Translations under genes and position numbers: made by a program | Source of the DNA: a bacterium | GTDB taxonomy: Bacteria; SZUA-182; DTGQ01; JAFGSM01 | Assembly: GCA_049472355.1 (NCBI GenBank) | Contig: JBLIRP010000030.1 | Span: 1 to 38,130 of the forward strand | Direction: 5' to 3' | DNA length: 38,130 nucleotides | Part shown: piece after piece, positions 28,071 to 37,900 of the stretch | Layout of the letters: every line of letters begins with the position of its first letter | How positions within the stretch are numbered: position 1 is the first letter of the stretch | The notes under the pieces: generated by a model | The model's input: only the letters and a program-made list of their open reading frames with translations | Database searches by the model: none | Told to the model about the DNA's origin: nothing

Positions 28071-30259
28071 GCGTGACCCTGCCGGGAGGATCGTTTTCGT
28101 TCGGATTCATCATGGCCGTATGAGGAATAATAGTAGTACTGGTAGTAGCTTTGCTGCCCCATGCGTATATCGTTGAGCACCGCTCCCAGGAGATTCGCCC
28201 TGACATCCCGTAGCTGCTCCATCGCCCTGGCGGTCATGTCCCGTGAGGTCTTTCCCTCCTTTATAACAAGCACAACCTCGTCGACCATGGCGCTCAGGAT
28301 GACGGCATCGGTAATGGCAAGGACAGGACAGGTGTCGAAGAGTATCTTGTCATACCTCTCCTTGAGCAGTTCGATCATATCCCTCATTGTTTGGGACCCG
28401 AGCAGCTCCGCAGGATTGGGGGGGAGGTGACCGCACGTAATGATCTCCAGGTTGGGAATATCCGTTTTCCGGACGACCTCCTCCAATCGAGATTCCTCTA
28501 CCAGCAGATTTGACAGACCAATCCCCTTGTTAAGCCCGAATATCTCATGGATCCTCGGCTTTCTCAGATCGGCATCGATGAGGAGTATCCTGGAATCGGC
28601 CTGGGCCATGGTAACGGCCAGGTTGGACACGGTGAGGCTCTTCCCCTCGGAGGGCCCGGCGCTGGTCACGAGCAAGGTCTTCTTGTTCGCAGTCGGGGAG
28701 GAAAAGATGATGGCGGTCCTGAGCCCCTTGTAGGACTCGGCGGCGTTTGATTGGGGTTGATGCACGGTGACGAGCATGCTGTCTTGCTTGGAATCGATTC
28801 CCGGTTGTGCCTTGTACGAAGGCACCGGCCCCAGATAGGGGGTCTGAAGATACCGCTTTATGTCCTCAGGGGTCTTTATACTATTGTCCAGGTATTCAAG
28901 GAAGAAGGCAAAGGATATGCCACCGAACAGCCCGACAAAGAGGGAAAAAAGGATGGTGAGCAACCGTTTCGGTTTCACCGGCGACTCGGGAACGATCGCC
29001 TCATCCAGGACCCGTACGTTGGTGCGCTGAATGCCGCCCGTTATCCCCGTCTCCTTGAGCCGGGTCAGCAGTATTTCATACATCTGCTGGTTGATTTGCA
29101 CATCCCTCAGCAGCACATTGTAGGTAATGGCCCGCTTGCTCAAAAGCTGGGACTGATCCTTGAGCTCGTTGAGGGCCTTGGTCAGGGTTGTCTCCTTGGC
29201 CAGGGCGATCTCATATTCATTCTTCAGAAAATTCACCGCCTTTTTTATCTCCGTATTGAGCTTTTCCCTGGTGGTCCGGAGCTTTTCCTTGATGCTGATA
29301 ATGGTGGGATGCTTCTCACCATATTTCTTGGAGAAGTCCGAAAGCTCCTCGGTCAGGCGGGCCTCGTCCGTCTTCAGGCTCGTGATGAAGGCATTGGAGA
29401 TAACCCGGGGGATGGATTCGATCATCTCCGGACTATCCTGGATGGCCCTGGCCTGATTGTACCGCATTTCAGCCTCGACCCGCGCGTTTTCCGCATCCAG
29501 CACGTCGGAGTTAAGCTCGGCGAGCTTGGCAACGATAATATTCTCGCTCTCCTTCAGGGATATGATGTTGTACTCTTCCTTGTACTTATGCAACAAAAGT
29601 TCGGATTCCTCCAGCCTTTTCCGTTGCTCTTCTATCTTCCTGGACAGGAAATCAGTTGCCCCATATGCGGCCTCGACCTGTGTCTCCAGGTTATCTTCCA
29701 TGTAGCTCTCCACTATCCCGTTGGCGGCCTGTGCAGCCAGTAGGGGGTCCTCCGACTCAAAATGTATCCTGGCAAGGCGCGTGTTTCTCACCGGCTCAAC
29801 TGAGACAGAGCCGAGGAACTTTTCGACCAGTCCCTCCTTATCATCCGGTTTTGCCCCGTGCCCGCGCTTTTTCTCACCCCTTCTCCAGAAGAAAACGGCC
29901 CCGGTGACATAGGATCTCATTCCCCTGGAGCGCGGATTGAATGCATGGTTATTCTCGAGATTCAATGCATCGATCACCCTGGCAGCCAGGAACCTGCTTT
30001 CCAGGATCTTGTATTGGGTCTGATAGAAATCCTGGGAGGTTGCATCCACGGCATAAAGCTCCTTAAAATCCACGATGTTAGGATTTTCCTTTTCTATCAG
30101 GATCAGGGTGGTGGCCCTGTAGATGGGGACCCTGGTCAGGGTGTAAACGATTCCCAGGGCAGTGACAAAGACGACGATGGAGATGATGGTCCATCTGCGC
30201 TTGTACATCACCCAGAGATAATCCTTGAGATCTATCTCCTCTTCGTACGTCTCTTCCAT
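28067..30259 (-). CDS. wzc: Polysaccharide co-polymerase / tyrosine autokinase (Wzc/GumC family)
   Basis: EIDLKDYL N-terminus, two TM helices flanking a coiled coil, PESPVKP, Walker A GPSEGKS, IDADLRKP, DTCPVL and C-terminal Tyr cluster YYQYYYYSSY. Confidence 0.93.
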   Translation of the reverse strand: MEETYEEEIDLKDYLWVMYKRRWTIISIVVFVTALGIVYTLTRVPIYRATTLILIEKENPNIVDFKELYAVDATSQDFYQTQYKILESRFLAARVIDALNLENNHAFNPRSRGMRSYVTGAVFFWRRGEKKRGHGAKPDDKEGLVEKFLGSVSVEPVRNTRLARIHFESEDPLLAAQAANGIVESYMEDNLETQVEAAYGATDFLSRKIEEQRKRLEESELLLHKYKEEYNIISLKESENIIVAKLAELNSDVLDAENARVEAEMRYNQARAIQDSPEMIESIPRVISNAFITSLKTDEARLTEELSDFSKKYGEKHPTIISIKEKLRTTREKLNTEIKKAVNFLKNEYEIALAKETTLTKALNELKDQSQLLSKRAITYNVLLRDVQINQQMYEILLTRLKETGITGGIQRTNVRVLDEAIVPESPVKPKRLLTILFSLFVGLFGGISFAFFLEYLDNSIKTPEDIKRYLQTPYLGPVPSYKAQPGIDSKQDSMLVTVHQPQSNAAESYKGLRTAIIFSSPTANKKTLLVTSAGPSEGKSLTVSNLAVTMAQADSRILLIDADLRKPRIHEIFGLNKGIGLSNLLVEESRLEEVVRKTDIPNLEIITCGHLPPNPAELLGSQTMRDMIELLKERYDKILFDTCPVLAITDAVILSAMVDEVVLVIKEGKTSRDMTARAMEQLRDVRANLLGAVLNDIRMGQQSYYQYYYYSSYGHDESERKRSSRQGHA

Positions 30260-30268
30260 GAATTCTCC

Positions 30269-31132
30269 CTAAAAAAGGCACTCCGGTACCACAATCGTAT
30301 CATTGGACTGGACCAGCTCATCCAGGCCGATCCTCTTCTCCGTCTCCTTGCCGTCGATTATCCGCACCACCCTTGTCCGGCCCATGGCCGCCTTTTCCGT
30401 TGCACCCCCGCCGATTGAAATCGCCTTGCGCACAGTCGTGCCCCTCTCCAGGATATACTTGCCCGGATTCTTCACCTTTCCCATGATAAAGAAGGATTCG
30501 GCCTGGGGGATAAAAATGGAGTCACCATTCTGAACGTATATATTCTGGCTGAGATCACCCTCCAGGGCGCTGCGTATATCCACCCGTATCTGTTCTCCCA
30601 CCTCCGCCTGGTTGGAGGGGGTGATACTGCGCCGTTCCTCCACCCTTTTGGGACGGACGATGACCACCTCCCTGCCGGCATCAGCAGTAAGTCCTCCTGC
30701 CATCGATATGGCCTCGATCAGGGTGGTCCTCTTGGTGAGATAATAGGTGCCGGGCTTGCTCGCCTCTCCGATGATGGTCAACTTCTGACTTTTGTACTCG
30801 AGGACCTGGACCGTTACCTGAGGATTGATGATATAGCCGTTGGCGAGTTTTTCCGTTATCCTTGCGGCCAGCTCGGCGGTCGTCAGCCCCGCTGCCTTCT
30901 GCTTTCCAATGAGGTGAAAGTTTATATACCCGTCCAGAGAGACCGCCACCCTGCCGGACAGGTCCTCGTTCTTCCACACCGTGACCTGCAGCACATCCTC
31001 GGGACCGATCAGGTAATCGTTCCCGAGTTCTTCCGGGTATGCATGGGAACAAGAGAAAACGGCAAGAAGGACCGCAATGAGAAGTATCTTTGCCCACGTA
31101 TGAAAACTGCGAATGTTGAATGTAGAATGCAT
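30269..31132 (-). CDS. Polysaccharide biosynthesis/export protein (Wza/EpsE-like, SLBB domains)
   Basis: YLIGPEDVLQVTVW...DGYINFHLIG...GLTTAEL...INPQVTV (Poly_export) plus two SLBB-like repeats. The start codon is uncertain because it lies inside the heptamer repeat. Confidence 0.9.
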   Translation of the reverse strand: MHSTFNIRSFHTWAKILLIAVLLAVFSCSHAYPEELGNDYLIGPEDVLQVTVWKNEDLSGRVAVSLDGYINFHLIGKQKAAGLTTAELAARITEKLANGYIINPQVTVQVLEYKSQKLTIIGEASKPGTYYLTKRTTLIEAISMAGGLTADAGREVVIVRPKRVEERRSITPSNQAEVGEQIRVDIRSALEGDLSQNIYVQNGDSIFIPQAESFFIMGKVKNPGKYILERGTTVRKAISIGGGATEKAAMGRTRVVRIIDGKETEKRIGLDELVQSNDTIVVPECLF

Positions 31133-31373
31133 GAAACTACGAATGTCGAATGTAGAATGTCGAATGTCGAATGTCGAAGGAAAGATAAAACTGCGAATGC
31201 TGATTGTTGAATCCAGGATGCAGAATTTCGAAGTAAATTGGTTCTTCTCTTTTTATCTTATGCAACAAGCTCTATCCTCCCGCTCGATATTCTCCGGTTC
31301 ATCTGTTCCAAAATTCTTACTTTATTTTCCCTTCTGCGGTTCGACATTCTGCGGTTCTGCGGTTCTGCGGTTC
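31107..31373. repeat. Heptamer (GAATGT[C/A]) arm and opposing TTCTGCGG/TTCGACA arm between the barrel and wza-like genes
   Basis: 31107-31223 contains repeated gaatgtc/gaatgta. 31332-31373 reads ttctgcgg ttcgaca (ttctgcgg)3 ttc. Confidence 0.85.
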
Positions 31374-31379
31374 GTCTCT

Positions 31380-32636
31380 TTACAGAGCAGCACCGATCCT
31401 CAGCATGGTCTTGTTATTAAGCTGATCCCTGGAGTCGTCGTTTGAATCGGTATCTTCGTAATCATACGAAAGACCCGCATAGAGCCATCTTCTGATCCGG
31501 TAGGTAAGCCCGATACCGAAGTGGCTGACGTCATCCTCCCGGGCCAGTAATGCGGGATCAAGATTATCATATTCGTGCGCGTGATACCCCGCCGTTATAT
31601 CAACGTCAACTCTATTTATAACCCTTAGGGCAAGGGCAAGGCTGAGACCGGTGTTCGTGTAATACGAGCTTCTGGAATAGACGGCATTACCACCGTACTC
31701 CGTCTCCTCCATGGAACGACTGATGATGGTCCTGAGTCGTGTCGTTTCCGAGATCGCATAGGCGATATTGCCTGAAACCGATCCTATGTCTTTGTCTTCG
31801 TAAGGATAACCGCTCGGATCAAGGGAATTGTCAAATGACTTCTGTGCCCATCCTGCCTGAAGTCTTCCGCTGATCTTGGCTGTCGCATCCCACTTTAAAC
31901 CCGCATTTACTGCGGTTTTCTGGGAATCCTTGTCCGTGGCCTCACTGGGGCTATCAAAATAGTCCGTCATGGTTGTGCTCAATTCTACGAGTGCGGATGT
32001 CTTGGGAAAAAATTTATAATACACGGTAGCCCCGATGGATTCCTCTTTTCTGTTGATTGGTTCATTCACTGACTGGTCATATTTCAAATAGAATTGCGAG
32101 ACATTGACTTCGAGTAACAGATTGGATCCGGGAAATTCATAACCAACCCCGCACGATACACTATTGAGCCAATGGCTTGCCCTGATCCCGCCGGTTTCAG
32201 ATCTCGGGTCCTTGGTATCTATGTACAACTCCTTGACATTCAATGAGAGACCCATTGGAGAATTCAGGTTTAACTGGGCATTAGCGGTATGAGACGTATA
32301 GTCTTCATCGTTATATTCCTGGTACTGATGTATCCTCGCCGTATACCCCGCATCCAGCTTATAGTTTGTTCCTGCGCTTACGGATACACCCGGAACAATG
32401 GTAGTTATGGAGTCGCTTTTTTCATCATTCGGCGCATTATAGATATTGTCATCCCATGTCTCTTGAAGCTCTAATCCCGCACGGATCTTGGCTCCCTCTA
32501 TATCAAGTACCCCCTGAGCATATGCCGGGGTATTGATGCATAACCCACCATCACGGTACCCACAGGGGACAACCAGAAGAAAAAAAAGACATACAATGGT
32601 GAAAAAACAAAAGGTTTTTATTTTGAACGTGTCCAT
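31380..32636 (-). CDS. Outer-membrane beta-barrel protein of polysaccharide export loci (BBP2/EpsL/VpsM-like)
   Basis: Signal region; ETWDDNIY...SDSITTIVPGV; alternating aromatic strands ending LSYDYEDTDSN...NNKTMLRIGAAL. Located directly upstream of wza-wzc. Start taken at ATG 32636 (AAGGAAAGG SD). Confidence 0.8.
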   Translation of the reverse strand: MDTFKIKTFCFFTIVCLFFLLVVPCGYRDGGLCINTPAYAQGVLDIEGAKIRAGLELQETWDDNIYNAPNDEKSDSITTIVPGVSVSAGTNYKLDAGYTARIHQYQEYNDEDYTSHTANAQLNLNSPMGLSLNVKELYIDTKDPRSETGGIRASHWLNSVSCGVGYEFPGSNLLLEVNVSQFYLKYDQSVNEPINRKEESIGATVYYKFFPKTSALVELSTTMTDYFDSPSEATDKDSQKTAVNAGLKWDATAKISGRLQAGWAQKSFDNSLDPSGYPYEDKDIGSVSGNIAYAISETTRLRTIISRSMEETEYGGNAVYSRSSYYTNTGLSLALALRVINRVDVDITAGYHAHEYDNLDPALLAREDDVSHFGIGLTYRIRRWLYAGLSYDYEDTDSNDDSRDQLNNKTMLRIGAAL

Positions 32637-32829
32637 GGCCCTTTCCTTTTTGGCAGGTTTATAACAATCAATTGAATACCGGTTAAAAATTGAATATGGC
32701 ATCGGGAATGTCCGATTTGTCAGGATATTGTTTATTCTCTTCTATCCCCTCATAATTACAAGGTTGATTTATAAAATCTCGTTGCTTTGCATCTCAAAGC
32801 ATAATGTTTTGTTATTCCCAATCCTTTCC

Positions 32830-32920
32830 CTTCAACATTCAACATTCTACATTCGCACTTTTATCTTTCCTTCGTCATTCTACATTCGACATTCGTTCTT
32901 TAATGCATTCTCAATTCGCA
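32830..32920 (-). repeat. Inverted copy of the 31107-31212 heptamer element
   Basis: The reverse complement reads ...gaatgcattaaagaacgaatgtcgaatgtagaatgacgaaggaaagataaaagtgcgaatg... It shares the non-periodic core cgaaggaaagataaaa with the copy at ~31175. Confidence 0.85.
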
Positions 32921-32923
32921 TTT

Positions 32924-34570
32924 CTACGCGGATGGACTGGCGGTGAGCAAATCCTCCGAATCCGGCAGAGAGGGCAGTTCCTGCACAGGCGGCAGCAAGG
33001 GCGCCTCTTCCATGGGCTCTCTCACCAAGACAGGCGCCTCTTCCTCCATCACTGACTCTGCCTCTCCAAGGGAGTCATCCACAATGCGGGCTATCTCTTC
33101 CACTTGGGCAAGATTTCCCTCTTTCGCAGTGTCCTTCGCATTTTCCGCGGCAATCGCGGTTGTCTCGACAATCTGCTGAATCCGGGTGACTGCCGCTTCC
33201 GCCCTTTCCAATGATGCGGCATCCTTGGCAACGGCATTCAATGCTATTTCAGCAAGGGCATCGGCATTGGAGGTATAGGCGGAAACGGCATCGGCCATGA
33301 CTTGAACCGCCAGTGCCCTTGACTTGGCCATATCCCCCTCCAGATCCTTTATCCCGGCAGCCTCCTTTTCAATCTGTGAAGAGAGGCCTTCAATATGGGT
33401 TTCCACATCCTTGATCCGTGTCAACACCCTTTGTGCAGAAAGGGCGATCTTTGCATCCCCTGCTACATGAGTCATTACCATCAATGAAATGGTTTTAATG
33501 CCGGCAGTGTTGGCAGTGGAAACGCTGGACTTTGTTTGTGCCACCGCGGCCTTGGCCAGGGCCTGGTCGGCATTCGCGGCCGCCTTCACCTCTCCGGACA
33601 CCTTCGTGGCCTCACGTGTAACTGTTTCAATCTTATCCAGGGTCTGTACGATCTCTTCCACTGCCCTCTTGGCCTCCGCCGTGGCCTCGGTGTCTCCAAA
33701 GAGCTGCGATTCATTGAGGGCCTCTTCGGTTGTCGTCAGATGTGCCATGGATTCCTTGACGTCAGCCTCACACCGGGCAACCGATGCCTCTGCAATCGCA
33801 TCAGCCGCGTCTTTTCGTGCGGTTTCCGTTTTCAGCATTGCCGCTTGATCGCCTGCGATCCTTGCTGCGTTGAGAAGCTGGTCGGCACGGGAGGCGGCCA
33901 CATCCGCGGATTCATGGGTCAACACATTCTTTAACGCGGCCTTTTGCAATGGCGAGTTATCTATTTGAGGGTTTGACTCAGGCAGCCGTTCGGTGGTCAT
34001 ATCCCGTCGTGTCATGGGCTTGGGGTTCGGGATTCGGGTATAGTTGTCACTGGTAATCATGTCGCCGGTGATGAGACCACATTGGGTATCTCCATCCATT
34101 CCCACAATGATCTCACCGGCTGCACTACTGATTTTTGAGGTAAAGGATGGCGTCCTCAACGTGACGAAATGGTCTTTCTCAGGTTTAATATCAAACCAGG
34201 CCCTGCCCACCAGGATATTTACCTGGTTGGTGGTAATGAGCTTTTTATTGATAATCCCTATGATATCCCTTTTCTTTACGAAGCTGAGGTTCGAATCGAC
34301 ATCCAGCCGTAAAGTGCCCCCGGAGGTCAGGCGCATCTCGGCCCTCCCCTGTCTCGTCACCACCTTGTCCGTGCTGAAGAGGGGATGGGGAAATGATTTC
34401 AGCCGGCTCCATCTTCCCTTGGTCCTTACCAGCACTTCGCCCGAAGATGCAATGATTTCTCCCATTTGCGCCTCTCGTTTGATCCCCTGCGCGGAGGCCT
34501 TGAGAGGAAAGACGAGGGAAAGGGTAACTGCGATAACAAGGAAGGAGTTGAGAAATGGTTTGCTTTTCAT
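32924..34570 (-). CDS. Secreted FecR-domain protein with long Ala-rich helical/coiled-coil region
   Basis: Signal peptide ending ASA; GEIIASSGEVLVR...DKVVTRQGRAEMRLTSGGTLRLDVDS (FecR-like); ~300 aa Ala/Glu/Lys-rich helix; Pro/Glu-rich tail ending ASPSA. Confidence 0.7.
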   Translation of the reverse strand: MKSKPFLNSFLVIAVTLSLVFPLKASAQGIKREAQMGEIIASSGEVLVRTKGRWSRLKSFPHPLFSTDKVVTRQGRAEMRLTSGGTLRLDVDSNLSFVKKRDIIGIINKKLITTNQVNILVGRAWFDIKPEKDHFVTLRTPSFTSKISSAAGEIIVGMDGDTQCGLITGDMITSDNYTRIPNPKPMTRRDMTTERLPESNPQIDNSPLQKAALKNVLTHESADVAASRADQLLNAARIAGDQAAMLKTETARKDAADAIAEASVARCEADVKESMAHLTTTEEALNESQLFGDTEATAEAKRAVEEIVQTLDKIETVTREATKVSGEVKAAANADQALAKAAVAQTKSSVSTANTAGIKTISLMVMTHVAGDAKIALSAQRVLTRIKDVETHIEGLSSQIEKEAAGIKDLEGDMAKSRALAVQVMADAVSAYTSNADALAEIALNAVAKDAASLERAEAAVTRIQQIVETTAIAAENAKDTAKEGNLAQVEEIARIVDDSLGEAESVMEEEAPVLVREPMEEAPLLPPVQELPSLPDSEDLLTASPSA

Positions 34571-34734
34571 GGTATATGTTCCCTTTTTTTGAAATGGGTT
34601 GCTCTATGTTCAGCGCTCTCCGAACAGAAACACCTTGTATCACCATCTTATTATAAAGTAAAAAAAATAGAAATAAATACTATAATACTAAGCAATGTCT
34701 TATGAAAATTGGTGAGACATAAAGACAGTGAAAT

Positions 34735-34765
34735 AATTATCAATAAATTATCCATTTGTCAAATG
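34735..34765 (-). promoter_or_regulatory. Possible sigma70 promoter for the FecR-barrel-wza-wzc operon
   Basis: Perfect TTGACA (34762-34757) inside the palindrome CATTTGTCAAATG, in an AT-rich gap. The -10 match (GATAAT or TAATTA) has imperfect spacing. Confidence 0.35.
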
Positions 34766-34918
34766 CAATGTGCAAATGCATTCATTTATTCGACAGTTAG
34801 CTATAGTTGAAAAAAAACCGGTGCCTATGGCGAACGTATCGGGCAGCTCTTAAGCATAGAGATACACCGGAATACTGAGGCCCCGCCGGGAACTTCTTCC
34901 CTGATAAAACAGCGATTA

Positions 34919-37900
34919 CTACTTACAGTATCCCTTAAAGCACTTGTTGGAGCAGCACTGGCTGCTGTTCTGACACGGCTCGCCATTCGGGAGGCACGCA
35001 GCACAAATTGGATCCCTGGAACAGTCGGAATCATCGCAGTCTGTTCGAAGGTCGCAATCGTTGTCCACACCATCGTCACATGTGGAGCCGACAGTCTCAC
35101 TATCCGGTGGGGCTCCGCAATCATCCCGGCAGGTGCACGAGTCCTCACCAGGATCGCAGGTACCGTCGCCGCACAACGTCGGAGCGCCGCAATCTATACT
35201 GCAATTGGAGCCATCCTCTTCACCCTCGCAGGTACCGTCGCCGCAGCAGTACGATGTTCCGTGCGATTCGTCCGTGCATAACCATCCGGCATCGTTGCAC
35301 CTTGGATCTGTGCAGCCCTCGGCGGCACTGCAGCAGAAGCGATCGCCGGGTTTCCCTGTCTGGAGGCCGTTGCAGTCCTGCGGGCAGGTACGGCAGTCCT
35401 CCCCATCGGCAATCTCGCAGATGCCGTTGCCGCATTGTGCACCGTCATGGCCGATGCATTCATCCGGGCAGCTATGGCAGTCCTCGCCCTCTTCGCATAC
35501 CCCGTCGCCATCGCATATCGTTTCACAGGGCCCCATGGCGGAGAGATCGGTCTCCGAGAAGTCCTCCGGCCGGCCCTTTCCCTCCGAGAGGCCGGCAAGG
35601 CCGTCAATCGAGGCGATGGCCAGATAGCTGATCACAATGGTCCCGTCGAAATGCATTTCTATCTGGAAGGTGTTTGAATCGGTGGTGTTGCACTGCGGTA
35701 CGTTCTGCCAGGTCACCACTGCGCGGTCCTCGAGTTGCCTCCAGGTCACCGTTCCCTGAGCGTTCGGATCCAAGTCGTCAAAGAGCGCAGAAATGCGCGG
35801 CAGTTCAAAGTGAACGTCAAGCGACTCCATGTAGTCGCGGTCGCCGCCGGTGAAGGTGATGTACCCATTGCTGCCGACATAGAACGTTCCATACCTGGTG
35901 CCATAGAGCGACACCGTTTTCCCGCTGAGCAGGCTCACACTCCTGTACGAATCATCCGAAAGGCTCACTATCGTCCCGCCGCCCGGATTTATCGGCAGAT
36001 CGGCGATCGCCTCCACGCCGCCCGAGTAAAAGTCGTACGAGCCATCCGGCGTGAAGGTCAGGCGCAGGTAATCGAGGTCATTGTCAAAGGGGTCCACAAA
36101 AATCTCGGTGAAGCAGTCGGGAATATCATGGGTGGTGAACGTGTAACACATTCCGCCGTTGTTGTCGCTGACCGCATTACCTGCCTCGTCCCCGGCATCC
36201 AGTGCATAGAAGTATGATGTGTTGTGCTGCAATCCCATGAGATTAATCGTATGGGCCGTGGGAAATCCGCCCTCCGTTGCGGTCTGCGTCAGGTTCCCGC
36301 AATCGAGACCGTACCGTACCGTGCCGCAGGCAGGCTCGTCCGTATCAAAGGTCACCGTTGCGGTGTGCGTGGCGATGGCGGTAGTCTGAACATTGCTGAT
36401 GGCCGGAGGCGTGCAATCCACAACGGCGGTAGCGGTAACAGGAATATCCCTGCCGCCCTGGCCATTGTCGGCATCGATATAGGTGGCGGTTATCGCATCG
36501 CCGCCGGCAACCAGAAGAATGCCCGCGCCATTTTCGACAGCCACCGGAATCGTCCCGCGAAATTCAGCGGTCCCTGCGGCGGTCTCGGTCAACTGCACCA
36601 TCTCGCCGTTAGGTTCGGAATCGGATGCGACCGTGACCGCAACCGTCTCGACCGCGCCGCTGTCCGTGTTCAAGTCGCGGTCGATTACCTCGATGGCGAC
36701 CGTGGCGGAACAGGCATACCTTGATGCATCCAGGGCAATGACGCCCGCGGATGAGCACGCAATCAATCCAGGAGATGCACACAACGAGAAGGGTTGCGGG
36801 CCCTGCGGCACATCGTGGCCGTGGACCTCGATTTGCCAGACACCGGATTCCGGATTTTCCACATATACCTGCTCGATGTTGTTGACATGATCGGCCTGTG
36901 TTCGCACCGCCGGGCTGTCGGGATTGTACTGGTCGAGTGTCCAGGGATAGTGCCGGATCGATGACGGGCTGAAGACCCGAAGATCGAGGTCGTTCACCAG
37001 GGCGGCAGTCACGTTCGGGGTCCCCGGTACGTCGTCCCAGGCCATGGTGACCTTCAGCGCGGAATCACCGGGACTCACCAGCACTACAACGGAAAAGACG
37101 CCGTCCTGATCCACCTGGTCCTCGAGGAAGTTCCCGGTCCGCATGAAGTCGATGGTCTTCTGAATCCGTACCGACCCATACCCGAATCGATAATCCGGGC
37201 CGAGATTGCCGAGATCCACGGCATTGTGGGCAAGAAGGATCTTGAGGGTGGAATTTCTGAAGTCGGGCTTATCCGGGAACCGGGCACGGAAATCCTGCAG
37301 CAACAACGAGGAAAGTCCGCACACGGTGGGAGATGCCATCGAGGTCCCGCACATAACGGTGTAGGCGTTGTCGCTGCCCGACGAACATGAGGTTACCCCG
37401 CGATCCCCGTCGATCTGGCAGCCCGGCGCAGAAATGTCCGGCTTTATCCGCCCGTCGTCCACCGGGCCCCAACTGCTGAAATAGGTCATGGAGTCGTCGT
37501 TCGAGTTGAGTGCGCCCACGGTGATGTGATTCTTTGCACCGGCGGGCGGTGCGGTGCTGTAATAGTCCCCATAGCCCTCCACGTCACAGCGGCTTCCCTG
37601 CCTTTCATTGCCGTTGGCCCAGATGATCCGGAAGGGCGTGCCGAGGGAACCACGAACGATCGCGTCGATGAGTGCCGAGGTGACACCGTAGTCACCCTGG
37701 ATGTCACAATCAAAGCCGTTTGGTTCCGTATTCGTGCCGATGGAATTGTTGGATATGTCCGCACCATACGTGTTGATGGCCTCGGTGTAGTCGGACTCGA
37801 TGTCCCCCGGGTTACTGTAAAGAAAGATCCCGGTGCCGTCGTACTGGAACCCATAGGACTCCATCAGGACACCGGGGGCGATTCCCGTGTAGGTGGGATT

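Noticed and set aside
28751..29743. 330-aa plus-strand ORF and other long antisense ORFs (e.g. 21214-22002, 35008-35631)
   Set aside because: They lie antisense to well-supported genes and have no motifs, as expected from codon bias.
31113..31445. ORFs reading MSNVECRMSNVE
   Set aside because: These are translations of the heptamer repeat, not credible proteins.
34810..34870. Terminator after the S8 gene
   Set aside because: CCGGTG/CACCGG with a T-run is present, but the stem is interrupted and the loop is long, so it is too weak to call.
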